A stretch of 63,676 nt of DNA, the filler included, from Lama guanicoe (Eukaryota), in assembly GCA_013239625.1 (NCBI GenBank). It is 145 parts of 145 records of this genome, joined end to end, with 100 filler letters (N's around TTAATTAATTAA, not from the genome) between each part and the next. Parts side by side here need not be neighbours in the genome. Positions count along the whole stretch, not along the records: positions 48,786 to 49,126 come from PNXV01057087.1; positions 49,227 to 49,567 come from PNXV01057088.1; positions 49,668 to 50,008 come from PNXV01057089.1; positions 50,109 to 50,449 come from PNXV01057090.1; positions 50,550 to 50,890 come from PNXV01057091.1; positions 50,991 to 51,330 come from PNXV01057092.1; positions 51,431 to 51,767 come from PNXV01057093.1; positions 51,868 to 52,208 come from PNXV01057094.1; 137 more parts are not named here. The stretch is one strand, 5' to 3'. Positions 48,686-60,585 of this stretch are shown piece after piece (the first letter of the stretch is position 1; the number at the start of each line of letters is the position of its first letter). The notes under the pieces are model-generated. The model was not told the DNA's origin. It worked only from the letters and a program-made list of their open reading frames with translations, and did no database searches. Both the position numbers and the translations under genes were made by a program.

Positions 48686-50990
48686 NNNNNNNNNNNNNNN
48701 NNNNNNNNNNNNNNNNNNNNNNNNNNNNNTTAATTAATTAANNNNNNNNNNNNNNNNNNNNNNNNNNNNNNNNNNNNNNNNNNNNGTCCTTCTGTCCTGT
48801 TTTGTTTCCGTTCTGTTATGCAGGTCTCCACTTGTCCCAGATCTGCTCTAATTTGGGTTCCTTTCTTGGTCACTGTCTTTGGAATGTAGTTTGGGGAGAT
48901 TAAAGCAGATCAAATGCCACTGTGCTTTGTCCAGTGTAAGAAAGATTGGGATAGGGTCAGAGCACGGTAGCGGCAAACAGAACTGTTGTTCAGAGAGTAG
49001 CTCTTCAATCTCACAGCCCACCCAGAACCTTCTGCAGTGCTTTGATTTCACTGACTCTCTTTGAGCTTTGAGAGTGCTTGGCTTTCTACTGCAGGTGCAT
49101 TGTTTTATTTTTATTCATTAAAAAAANNNNNNNNNNNNNNNNNNNNNNNNNNNNNNNNNNNNNNNNNNNNTTAATTAATTAANNNNNNNNNNNNNNNNNN
49201 NNNNNNNNNNNNNNNNNNNNNNNNNNCTATAGTCACTGAATGACACTACATATGGCACTGTGCTAGGAGAAGCCAAGGATAAAAAGGAGAGAAAAATCAC
49301 CAGTGCTCACACATCAGTGGGAGACAGGAATATTAACTAAATTATTACACAAAAGAATAATAGCATGGCCTGCTCCCTGTCCTCCAATATCATCTCTTTC
49401 ATCTTCCATGAAAATGAGTTTTTATCTGGGCAGAATAAACACTATTATTTCCCAGACCCCCTTGCAGCTGGAAATTTTCACACTATTATAAAAGGAGAAG
49501 AGGGTTTGCCCTTCTCTTCTTTCTTCCCCCTTCCTGCAGGTAGGCATGTGTACATGATGATTACCTGNNNNNNNNNNNNNNNNNNNNNNNNNNNNNNNNN
49601 NNNNNNNNNNNTTAATTAATTAANNNNNNNNNNNNNNNNNNNNNNNNNNNNNNNNNNNNNNNNNNNNGTTTTAAGTCTTGTGGAAGATCTCATGCTGTGA
49701 GAGAGGAAAAATTTACCCACATGCCTCCCTTTCCATTTGCCTCTTCAAGGACAGAAACTTTCCCAAGATTTCCAGACATCTCCCACCCAGAAAGTGCCCA
49801 CAGAATGCATTCTGTGACTGAAATTTCCAGGCAGGTGGTCTGAGGCCATTCTTTGCTCTGGTTCCAACAGTAGCCTCTGGGGACACCTCCCTGTGTGGCC
49901 CAGCACTCGCCCCCCCTCACCTACACACATGTACCAGCCCTGCCTTTCTGACCTTCAGGCTCTGCTTCGGGGGCTCCTGGTCCTCCACCTGGCTTGCAGC
50001 GAGGTGGANNNNNNNNNNNNNNNNNNNNNNNNNNNNNNNNNNNNNNNNNNNNTTAATTAATTAANNNNNNNNNNNNNNNNNNNNNNNNNNNNNNNNNNNN
50101 NNNNNNNNCCCCCCTGGACCTGGTGGGTGGTAGTAAGAAAACACTGGGTTACTGAGAATAAACCGCAAATTCCATCATTGATGAGTAATTGAGGGTGACT
50201 CTCTTCTCAACAATGCACAATCTGTTCGAGTCCTTGACATTCAAAGAAACCAGTGTTACTGCACATGGAGAGAAATTTTCTGGTGTACTGAGGGATGTCT
50301 TTTCTTTCCCTGTTGGTTAATCATACAATTTTAGAACTGGATGAAATCTTAAAAATATTTTAATACTACCTCACTTAATGAAGGAGAATAATAAAATTCA
50401 GGGAGTTAAATTGCCATGTTGAGAATCATTAAACCTTTTTAATAATGATNNNNNNNNNNNNNNNNNNNNNNNNNNNNNNNNNNNNNNNNNNNNTTAATTA
50501 ATTAANNNNNNNNNNNNNNNNNNNNNNNNNNNNNNNNNNNNNNNNNNNNGTCTACTAAAATTTCATTTTATACTTAGGATCTATGGTGCTGGGTCCATAT
50601 AAAAATTAATTAGTGTAATACTCTATTTTTGTTTTGATCTCTTTTTCTTTATGTAATCTCATATTTATCTTTTATTGTGAACCTTATTTTAAAATGTAAT
50701 TTGTATAATTTGAGCATTGCAATGTGCACTTTCTTGTAATTTCCATGAAATAACTTTTCCATCTATTTCCTGGCTGAATTTATTTTCCACCATAAAGTGA
50801 AACATTTTTTGGGTGGAGGCCATGATGGTGGAGGAGAAGGTTGCTCATAGCTCACCCTTTCCCACAACTGCACCAAGACTCATCCACAGANNNNNNNNNN
50901 NNNNNNNNNNNNNNNNNNNNNNNNNNNNNNNNNNTTAATTAATTAANNNNNNNNNNNNNNNNNNNNNNNNNNNNNNNNNNNNNNNNNNNN

Positions 50991-51092
50991 TTCCATGTGT
51001 TGGCTATTGTAAATAGTGCTGCTATAAACACTAGGGTAAATGTTCTTTTGAATTAGAGTTCCCTCCAGATCTATGCCCCCAGGAGTAGGATT
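50991..51092 (-). mobile_element. L1 ORF2 3' fragment
   Basis: ttccatgtgttggctattgtaaatagtgctgctataaacac..cccaggagtaggatt. Confidence 0.85.
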
Positions 51093-51430
51093 GGTTTTGA
51101 AGAAGAGGCAAAGGGAATGGGACAGGCTGAAGTGGAGGAGAGGTTTCCTCTGATTCAAAAGTGATTTGCCCAGGGATTTGGGTGACAGGAGAAGTCTCTG
51201 GTTAACAGAGCAATGGGAACTTAGCCACATTCAAGAGACAGATGAGATCTCAAAGAGAGATGGATGAATGAGGGAGACATGGGTGAACTAGGGAGGCAGA
51301 ACCACAGTCCAAAACTGTGATCTATGCATCNNNNNNNNNNNNNNNNNNNNNNNNNNNNNNNNNNNNNNNNNNNNTTAATTAATTAANNNNNNNNNNNNNN
51401 NNNNNNNNNNNNNNNNNNNNNNNNNNNNNN

Positions 51431-51767
51431 CACACACTTATGTCTCAGAACTGAGCATGTGGAGAGACTTTCGTTCACCTAGCACAAAGGGAAAGGGTTA
51501 CAGGAGAAACACTTTCTCTGGTTTCTCAGTCTGTTTCCTAGTAACTGTTTAAAGTTACTGCAGTTTTCTCTGTAAAACCGAGTTGGAACTTCAACCTCCC
51601 CATATATATGTATGTAGTGAAGTTTGCAAATTAAAAGAACCTTTGTGTTCCCAACAAGCTAGCTTTAGGACGGCTTTTACACACACGCATCTCTCAGAAC
51701 TGAACATGTGGAAAAACGTTCGTTCATCTAGCACAAGTGGAACGGGTTGCAGTAGAAACCCTTACTC
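51431..51767 (-). repeat. Satellite DNA, ~249-bp unit (same family as 12728 and 54514, reverse orientation)
   Basis: ctcagaactga(g/a)catgtgga..ttcgttca(c/t)ctagcacaa occurs at 51444 and 51693. Its reverse complement matches contig 54514. Confidence 0.9.
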
Positions 51768-54072
51768 NNNNNNNNNNNNNNNNNNNNNNNNNNNNNNNNN
51801 NNNNNNNNNNNTTAATTAATTAANNNNNNNNNNNNNNNNNNNNNNNNNNNNNNNNNNNNNNNNNNNNAATTCTCTTAGCTCGGCTCTTCAGGGAAGGTCT
51901 CAGGTGTAACATCATCTCTTGTGCAAGGCTCATCATGTCAACCTAAGGATTCTGAGCCTCCGAAGGCTACATATTCTTCTGAGATAGTGTTGCATGCTCT
52001 AAACTCTTTCTACCCCAAACGTACATATTTAGAGCCACACGATATTTTATACAAGTTCAAGAAGTTCATGAAACCTATTAAGTACATATACAGACATCCC
52101 AGAAGTCCAAGTAACCCAGATTAACAATGCTGGACCTCTCAACACGTTATAACCCACACTGTATCATCTGTTGGGGAGTTTTCATGATCCAAAATTAATT
52201 TTTTATCTNNNNNNNNNNNNNNNNNNNNNNNNNNNNNNNNNNNNNNNNNNNNTTAATTAATTAANNNNNNNNNNNNNNNNNNNNNNNNNNNNNNNNNNNN
52301 NNNNNNNNAAATATGCTAAAATTCCAAAATTATTAATAACACTAATTAAGGAAAACAGGGCCTAATGAAAAGAGCTCTGACAACTGAAACAGGATCTCAC
52401 TCTACAATCTCCAATCTCTTTAGTTGTGTGATCTTAGGAACTGGCTTCATCTCAAAATACTTTCTCATTTGAGAAAGAGAGATAGCACTGCCCTCCCCTC
52501 TCTGCAGGGAGCTGTTCAGGTAACAGGAGACAAGGTATCTAGCACAGTACCTGACACGATGTGTTCATAAATAGTCTGCTTCCTTCCTTCAACACAAAAG
52601 ATACGCTCACATGAAGGTTTAGGTGTAAGGGAGTCCACACCTCCACAAGNNNNNNNNNNNNNNNNNNNNNNNNNNNNNNNNNNNNNNNNNNNNTTAATTA
52701 ATTAANNNNNNNNNNNNNNNNNNNNNNNNNNNNNNNNNNNNNNNNNNNNAAATATAAACTTTTCTATCACTAATGAGAGGGAAACTCAGAATCACTAACA
52801 TTCTAATGCGGTCCACAACAATATTTCTGGCCAGATTTCAGCTCTTCACTGATCTAGTTCTACTAGAGCAGGTGAAAAAGGGCAAGTGCTGTATTGGACG
52901 AAAGCTAGACAAGTCAGAGGGAGCAGGAAAAGCAGTAGAAAGTCAGCAACCTATAAATGTGAACATGAGGGCATCCCCATTCCCACCCTCATTTTCACTC
53001 TTTGAAATCAGTAATATGAATTTTTGGTGAGGATAAATGTACTTACAACAAAATAGCTTTAAAAAGTGATCAAAATAATCAGACTTTTCANNNNNNNNNN
53101 NNNNNNNNNNNNNNNNNNNNNNNNNNNNNNNNNNTTAATTAATTAANNNNNNNNNNNNNNNNNNNNNNNNNNNNNNNNNNNNNNNNNNNNAAAAAAATTG
53201 AAAGATCTAATTTTTAAGAGTAACGACTTTTAGCTATTTAACATTTCTCATCCATTCAAGCAGTCATAAGTGACACCTGCTCCGTGCCTGACACAGTGGT
53301 ACAGTGATGAACAAGGCAGGTCCAGGACCTAGCTTCACGTCATATTTGCAGCCTAGTTGGAGAGACAGACAGCAGTTAATAAATTGCAGTTGCAGTAATT
53401 GTGTTGGTCAGGGAAGGGCCACATAGATACTGATTACCGAAAATAAAATATTTGTTGAGCACCTACTGGCGAGATGCCAGCGCTGTCCAGATACGGAACC
53501 ATTAACACTGCTTTTTGGTGTTTGGCAGGTANNNNNNNNNNNNNNNNNNNNNNNNNNNNNNNNNNNNNNNNNNNNTTAATTAATTAANNNNNNNNNNNNN
53601 NNNNNNNNNNNNNNNNNNNNNNNNNNNNNNNAAGATTCTTCCATTTGAGCACTTCTGTGGAGGGAAAATTCAACATCCAGAATCATGTTCAGAAGCCCCG
53701 TTCTGCAGCCCCACACTGACGCACAATCATAGCGGGGTACTAGGTGATCATTTTACCACGTGGTGGCATCAAAAGTACGTCAGCTTTAGAGTCAGACCAG
53801 CGTGGGTTCAAGTATCAGGGCTTCCTGATTACTGCTGGGGTCCCAGGAGGTTACTATGATATATATGCCTCTTTTCCCCACCTATTTGAGATCCATGTTC
53901 CCATCGTTGCTACCACTGTTTTGACATAGTTTAATAAATTTCTTCTTTAGAAATATTCAATGAAGAATCGATNNNNNNNNNNNNNNNNNNNNNNNNNNNN
54001 NNNNNNNNNNNNNNNNTTAATTAATTAANNNNNNNNNNNNNNNNNNNNNNNNNNNNNNNNNNNNNNNNNNNN

Positions 54073-54413
54073 TATTATAAAAGGGTACATGAAGGAATGC
54101 GCTGGACACACAGATGGAAGACATGCATAGATGTGAGGATGTCAGGTGTGAAGGAAGGGGTGCAGAGCCTCCATGCCTTCGCCAGATGTAATACCCTTTC
54201 AGTATCTCCATGTGCTCAGCAGCCCAGAAGCCTTCTGAAGTCTGCACTTCTGCAATTTTATGGAAACTTCATCATGTAGGTGTAATTGATCATCAGCTCA
54301 GTCTTCAGTCTCTCTCCTCTTCCCAGAGGTGGTGGGATGGGTAGGAAGTCCCACACTACTAAGGATGGCTGGTCTTTCTGGTGACCAGCCCCCATCGTGA
54401 GGCCATATAGGAG
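54073..54413 (-). mobile_element. MER21-like ERVL LTR
   Basis: gaaggggtgcagagcctccatgcc..ctccatgtgctcagcagcccagaagc..ggtctttctggtgaccagcccccatc. Confidence 0.82.
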
Positions 54414-54513
54414 NNNNNNNNNNNNNNNNNNNNNNNNNNNNNNNNNNNNNNNNNNNNTTAATTAATTAANNNNNNNNNNNNNNNNNNNNNNNNNNNNNNN
54501 NNNNNNNNNNNNN

Positions 54514-54852
54514 GCAACCTGTTTCCTTTGTGCTAGATAAACGAACGTCTCTCCACATGCTCTGTTTTGAGCGATAAGCATTTGTGAAAGACGTCGTTCA
54601 CCTAGATTGTTTGAAACACAAATTTCTCATCAGTTGCAAACTCCAATCCATACATATAAATGGGGAGGTACAGTTTACAACTCGGATTTACATTGAAAAC
54701 TGTAGGAACGTCAAAACGACACTGGGAAACAGACTGTGAAACCAGAATAATTCTTTCTCCTGCAACCTGTTCCCTTTGTGCTAGCTCGACGAACGTATCT
54801 CCACATGCTCAGTTTTGAGAGTAAAGCGTGTGCAAAAGCCGTACTTCACCTA
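54514..54852 (+). repeat. Satellite DNA, 248-bp unit
   Basis: gcaacctgtt(t/c)cctttgtgctag..acgaacgt(c/a)tctccacatgctc(t/a)gttttgag occurs at 54514 and 54762. Confidence 0.9.
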
Positions 54853-54952
54853 NNNNNNNNNNNNNNNNNNNNNNNNNNNNNNNNNNNNNNNNNNNNTTAA
54901 TTAATTAANNNNNNNNNNNNNNNNNNNNNNNNNNNNNNNNNNNNNNNNNNNN

Positions 54953-55293
54953 TATAGTACAATGATTTGACTTAATACATCAAGCAATGATCACCACAAT
55001 AAGTTTAGTGAACTATAATCTATATAGGCACAAAATAAAATAGAAAGAAAAAGTCGTATTTTTCCTTGTAATAAGAATTCTTAAAATATACCTTCTTGGC
55101 AACTTTCATATATGTCATATAGCTGTGTTAATTATATTAATCATGGTGCATATTACATCCCTAGTATTTATTTACCCTATAACTGGAAGTTTGTACCTTT
55201 TGGTCACCTTCATCCAGTTCCCCTCCCTGACATCTTACTTCTGGTAACCACAAATCTGACCTCTGGTTCTATGAGGTTTTTTGTTTGTTTGTT
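54953..55293 (-). mobile_element. L1 3' UTR (L1MA9-like)
   Basis: atgatcaccacaataagtttagt..ctataactggaagtttgtacctttt..ctggtaaccacaaatctgac. Confidence 0.85.
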
Positions 55294-58200
55294 NNNNNNN
55301 NNNNNNNNNNNNNNNNNNNNNNNNNNNNNNNNNNNNNTTAATTAATTAANNNNNNNNNNNNNNNNNNNNNNNNNNNNNNNNNNNNNNNNNNNNTTTTCTA
55401 CTGTGTTCTAAGCAAGTTGTTTAAGACTCTAATGCACCAGAACTGAAACTCCTCAATCACAGAGATTTAATCACTCTTCCTTGTTCATGATTTCCCGCAC
55501 TCTGATTTCTTTCTTACTTTTCTCACTGCTCACTGAGCCCATGCTTTATACATAATAGATAAATATAATTCAGAGTGATACTACATGATGCCAAGTCCAC
55601 ATGTCATCTGAATCTGGATGACCCTAAAGTAAGTCAATCTAATAAAGCTTCTGAAATTGTTTGTGATTTCAGACCTACAAATTTTATAAGTTATCCCCCC
55701 CAAATAGTTTACTAAAAAATTTACTTTATTTCTCNNNNNNNNNNNNNNNNNNNNNNNNNNNNNNNNNNNNNNNNNNNNTTAATTAATTAANNNNNNNNNN
55801 NNNNNNNNNNNNNNNNNNNNNNNNNNNNNNNNNNTGGATGCCACGGAATCAGGGGTGAGCAAAGCAGACAAGGGCTCTTCTCCTATGAAGCTTGTGTTCT
55901 CTTCCCTTCCAATGCGGAGAGTCCATCCAGGCCGGGGAAGGGCGGTGGGGAGAGTGTGTTTCTTCATTTCATCCTTAGAGACATCACACTGAGAAGAAAT
56001 AACTAAGGGCACAGATTCGCTGTTGACTCTGACGGCTCTGGTTGGAGGAGGTACCCAGAGGTTGGGTGTTAGCACTAGGAAAACCCTCATGTGACTCAGT
56101 CACTGAAGGCTCAAAGCAGAGCTGGCTCATCTCAGAATGTCCCGCACCCAGGACAGAGGTTCCCCATGTGGCTGANNNNNNNNNNNNNNNNNNNNNNNNN
56201 NNNNNNNNNNNNNNNNNNNTTAATTAATTAANNNNNNNNNNNNNNNNNNNNNNNNNNNNNNNNNNNNNNNNNNNNCCCATTGCTAACAGAGGTCATTGTC
56301 TTCCTGTGAAAAATGGTGACGTAATGGTAGAAGTCCAAACAAAACCAACCCTAGATCTTGAAGTAGTACCTGATCTAACATCTTAAGCAAACTCCTAGAA
56401 GAGAAAACAATATTCTTCAAACAATTTTGGTATTAACAAAGCCTGCTTGCTCCTGGAGAAGGAGGAGTGCTCAGAACCACAGTATGCCATTGAACTTGAC
56501 AAGGCCTGACTTTTAAAACTGAGTTCAGTAGATTCTTCTGCACTAGAGACAGCAGGACAAAGAGAGGTCATCAAACTCTGCCTTGTCATCTGTTTCATGC
56601 TGCATTCTTTTTTTTTNNNNNNNNNNNNNNNNNNNNNNNNNNNNNNNNNNNNNNNNNNNNTTAATTAATTAANNNNNNNNNNNNNNNNNNNNNNNNNNNN
56701 NNNNNNNNNNNNNNNNGTTTTCGGGGGTCCCTTAACTTCCTGCCTCTTCTCCATCCTTGCCCCTGGCTGACGTGGAGCAGGGATTTCCCCGCGGCTCCTT
56801 CCAATCCCCAAACAGTGCATGATCTTGACCCCATGAGTGAGGTGGGCGGGAGGGTCCGGAGGCGCTGACAGTGGAAGGTTTTATTAGCTGCGGTAAGAAG
56901 CCCGCCGTGGGGAGCAGGGAGGGCGTGCTTTCCGAGGCCTCCAGAGTCGGCTAATTTATCTTTCCTCCCCAATTGCCTCCAAACTTCGGTAATAAGCACG
57001 CTCGTAGTTCACTGATGAAATATATTCTTCCAAAGCAATTTTAAAATAATCATTGTGNNNNNNNNNNNNNNNNNNNNNNNNNNNNNNNNNNNNNNNNNNN
57101 NTTAATTAATTAANNNNNNNNNNNNNNNNNNNNNNNNNNNNNNNNNNNNNNNNNNNNTTATGGCCTTGTCTTTATTTTGCTGCTGATGTCAGTCCCCGGA
57201 CTTGAAGTTTTCAGAGATGCCCCAGTGGAGCTGCTGAGTCCCACGTATGAGTGTTGTCTGGGAGCTGCCTTATGCCCCATTATAACTGGGGTCAATTACT
57301 CCATCTAGTTCAGTGATCTTTCTTTCTTGTTTGGTCATTAAGAGCTAAATAATCAGGAGGCAGTCTCAGCTTTCAATTGAACAGAAACCTGACTGCTTTC
57401 CTAGGTGAAGCCACCTCTCCAAGGACACCAGGTCCTCCATGCCCGCTGAGCCCAGTGAAATGGTGTTGGACCAAAAATACTTCCAAGAAATTGTCAAGNN
57501 NNNNNNNNNNNNNNNNNNNNNNNNNNNNNNNNNNNNNNNNNNTTAATTAATTAANNNNNNNNNNNNNNNNNNNNNNNNNNNNNNNNNNNNNNNNNNNNGA
57601 TGTGACCCTGCTAAATCTAATGTATGCAACACAAAACAAATGCCTCCTGCCTCACAGGTGTTATGATGGGCAAAACTGAGCCTTCCCTGCCACAATTTGG
57701 CATCAGCAGCAGCACAAAAAGCAGAGAAGCTTGTTATTTTTTTAAAGAGAGGTTCTTGCATGGCATCTCTGAGTGGGCTTCTGGGATGCCATGTCCCCTA
57801 CTCTGCTTTTCCCCCAATAGAAGGCATAGGTCTCCACTGGTCTCCACTCTACCATTATGACAAAGCCCACTGGAACATTAGGATCAACCCAGAGGCATCT
57901 GGGAGTTGGCAGAATGGTTAGAAATGTGCGATCTGAAAGNNNNNNNNNNNNNNNNNNNNNNNNNNNNNNNNNNNNNNNNNNNNTTAATTAATTAANNNNN
58001 NNNNNNNNNNNNNNNNNNNNNNNNNNNNNNNNNNNNNNNAAAACTGAAAAATGAAAAATGAAAAAAGATGTGTTCCTTCCTGAGGTGTCTATTCAATTTT
58101 TTATCCATCTTTATTTTGTCTTCTTGGTGAATTGACGCATTTGTCCTTCTGTAATGTCCCTCTCTATCTCTCCAACCATTCTCTGACTTTTGATTGGAGT

Positions 58201-58921
58201 ATTAGACCATTTGCATTTGATTATTAATATGTTTAGATTTAGGTTTACTGCTTTATTATTGTTTTTTATCTGTTACTACTGTTTTTCTTTTCTTGTCTTC
58301 TTCTAGGTTTCTCCTTGTTCATGATAGGGATAGTAGTTTGGGGTTCAGCAAACTGAGAGGACTCACGACCTCCCACTTACNNNNNNNNNNNNNNNNNNNN
58401 NNNNNNNNNNNNNNNNNNNNNNNNTTAATTAATTAANNNNNNNNNNNNNNNNNNNNNNNNNNNNNNNNNNNNNNNNNNNNTTTCTCTAAGGTTTTAAGGG
58501 GCTATGGAGCTGTCTTGTTGATCCAGAGAAGAATTAGTGATGGTGATTACTGTCCAGCTATGCAGGGGTGGCCAAAAAGATCAGAGTATAAACCTGTGCC
58601 ACAGGAACCAAGCAGGCTTTTCTGACCAGCTGCTTTCTTTCTCTGCCTTTTTGGACTTTATAGTTGGTCTAAATTATCTTGCCCCTGAAAGTAATCCTCC
58701 TCTTGTCAGAGTCACACTCGAGGTGGGTCAATCTACTGCTGCTTTCCAACAGTGAAGGTCAGAGACCATCAGAGTTAGAGGGGGTCTCAGACAAAAAACA
58801 AGTGCAACCCCATTGCCTGACNNNNNNNNNNNNNNNNNNNNNNNNNNNNNNNNNNNNNNNNNNNNTTAATTAATTAANNNNNNNNNNNNNNNNNNNNNNN
58901 NNNNNNNNNNNNNNNNNNNNN

Positions 58922-59262
58922 AAAAAAAGTGGCTTCTGAGACTGAATCTACTCATGGTGAAGATTCTATGAAGATTGTTGAAATGACAAAAAAAGGTTTA
59001 CAATGGCACATAAACTTAGTTGATAAAACAGCAACAGGGTTTGAGAGAATTGACTCTAATTTTGGAAGTTCTACTGTAAGTGAAATACTATCAAACAGCA
59101 TTGCATGCTCAGAGAAACTGTTCGTGAAAGGAAGACTCAGTCAATGTGGCAGGCTTCATTGTTGTCTTATTTTAAGAAATTGCCACAGTCACCCCACCCT
59201 TCAGCAACCACCACCTACTGAGTCAGCAGCCTTTAACACTAAGACCCTTAATCAGCAAAACA
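58922..59262 (+). mobile_element. Tigger1 (TcMar/pogo) transposase 3' fragment, frameshifted
   Basis: ESTHGEDSMKIVEMTKKGLQWHINLVDKTATGFERIDSNF..SSTVSEILSNSIAC; cttattttaagaaattgccacag..ccttcagcaaccaccacc. Confidence 0.92.
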
Positions 59263-59626
59263 NNNNNNNNNNNNNNNNNNNNNNNNNNNNNNNNNNNNNN
59301 NNNNNNTTAATTAATTAANNNNNNNNNNNNNNNNNNNNNNNNNNNNNNNNNNNNNNNNNNNNTTTTTTTTTTGCCCCATTTTACAGTGATCTAATTACTA
59401 TCTTTCTTGCTCTGAAGTCTTGTCCTACAGCTCCTGCCTATATGATCTTTCTTTCTTAATGCACGTGAGAGTTTTACTGTCTTTACAACCCATTTGACAC
59501 ATAGGATCATTACCGCCATCATCTTATTATTAAGATAATTTTTACTGAGTACTAATTTGTGACCGAAACTGATAAACACTTTGGGCTATGTCATGTAATC
59601 GTATTTCCCATCCTCTACCTACCTTG

Positions 59627-59703
59627 TGTTGCTGGAGAGTAGATTCTTGTCTTGCTCAGAAAAGAATTCAAGAGCGAGCTGTAGTAAAGTGAAAACAAGT
59701 TTA
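59627..59703 (-). mobile_element. ERV1 LTR 3' terminus (LTR8/MER4-group-like)
   Basis: tgttgctggagag..aaagaattcaagagcgagctgtagtaaagtgaaaacaagttta. Confidence 0.6.
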
Positions 59704-60244
59704 NNNNNNNNNNNNNNNNNNNNNNNNNNNNNNNNNNNNNNNNNNNNTTAATTAATTAANNNNNNNNNNNNNNNNNNNNNNNNNNNNNNNNNNNNNNNNN
59801 NNNTCTAAAGGGCGTCTGACACTTGCGATATTAACATGATGCAACCAAAACGTAATTATGCAAGTTAAATAAGAAACAGGAAGCTAATTTTTCTTTTTCA
59901 GCCTTTGCATTCCTCATATATTTTTAGGTGGCTCAAATATCCGTGTATGGATGGGCAGAGATTAACAACTGGAATTTAATTGTCATAATACGTCTTCTGG
60001 GATGCCGGAAATGTGCGGTGGTCAGAGAGTCGCTGCAATTTTCATCGTGAGATGAAAACACTTAGAGATGCCATGGGAAATGTTCACAAGAAGACTGTCT
60101 CAGGAAAGCAGTAAAAACAGTCAGATAGCCCAGGTTGGTGCAGGNNNNNNNNNNNNNNNNNNNNNNNNNNNNNNNNNNNNNNNNNNNNTTAATTAATTAA
60201 NNNNNNNNNNNNNNNNNNNNNNNNNNNNNNNNNNNNNNNNNNNN

Positions 60245-60585
60245 GATAATTAGCAATACTGAACATCTTTTCATGTGCCTATTGGCCATCTGTGTGTCTT
60301 CACTGGAGAAACGTCTGTTTAGGTATTCTGCCCATTTGTTGGATTGCGCTATCTTTTTTTTTTTTTAATTGAGTTGTATTAGCTGTTTGTATATTCTGGG
60401 AATTAAGCCCTTGTCAGCCACATCGTTTTCAGATATTTTCTCCCGTTCTGCAGGTTGTCTTTTCATTTTGTTTATGCTGCAAACGCTTGTAGGTTTAACT
60501 GGGTCCCCTTTGTTTATATTTGCTTTTATTTTTATTGCCTTGGTAGGCTAACCTAGGAGAACACTGCTAAGATTTATGTCAGAGA
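60245..60585 (-). mobile_element. L1 ORF2 fragment
   Basis: catcttttcatgtgcctattggccatctgtgtgtcttcactggagaaa..atattttctcccgttctgcaggttgtcttttc. Confidence 0.9.

Noticed and set aside
51700..51750. Possible CENP-B box in the satellite (TTCG..CGGG)
   Set aside because: The spacing between TTCG and CGGG does not fit the 17-bp NTTCGNNNNANNCGGGN consensus.
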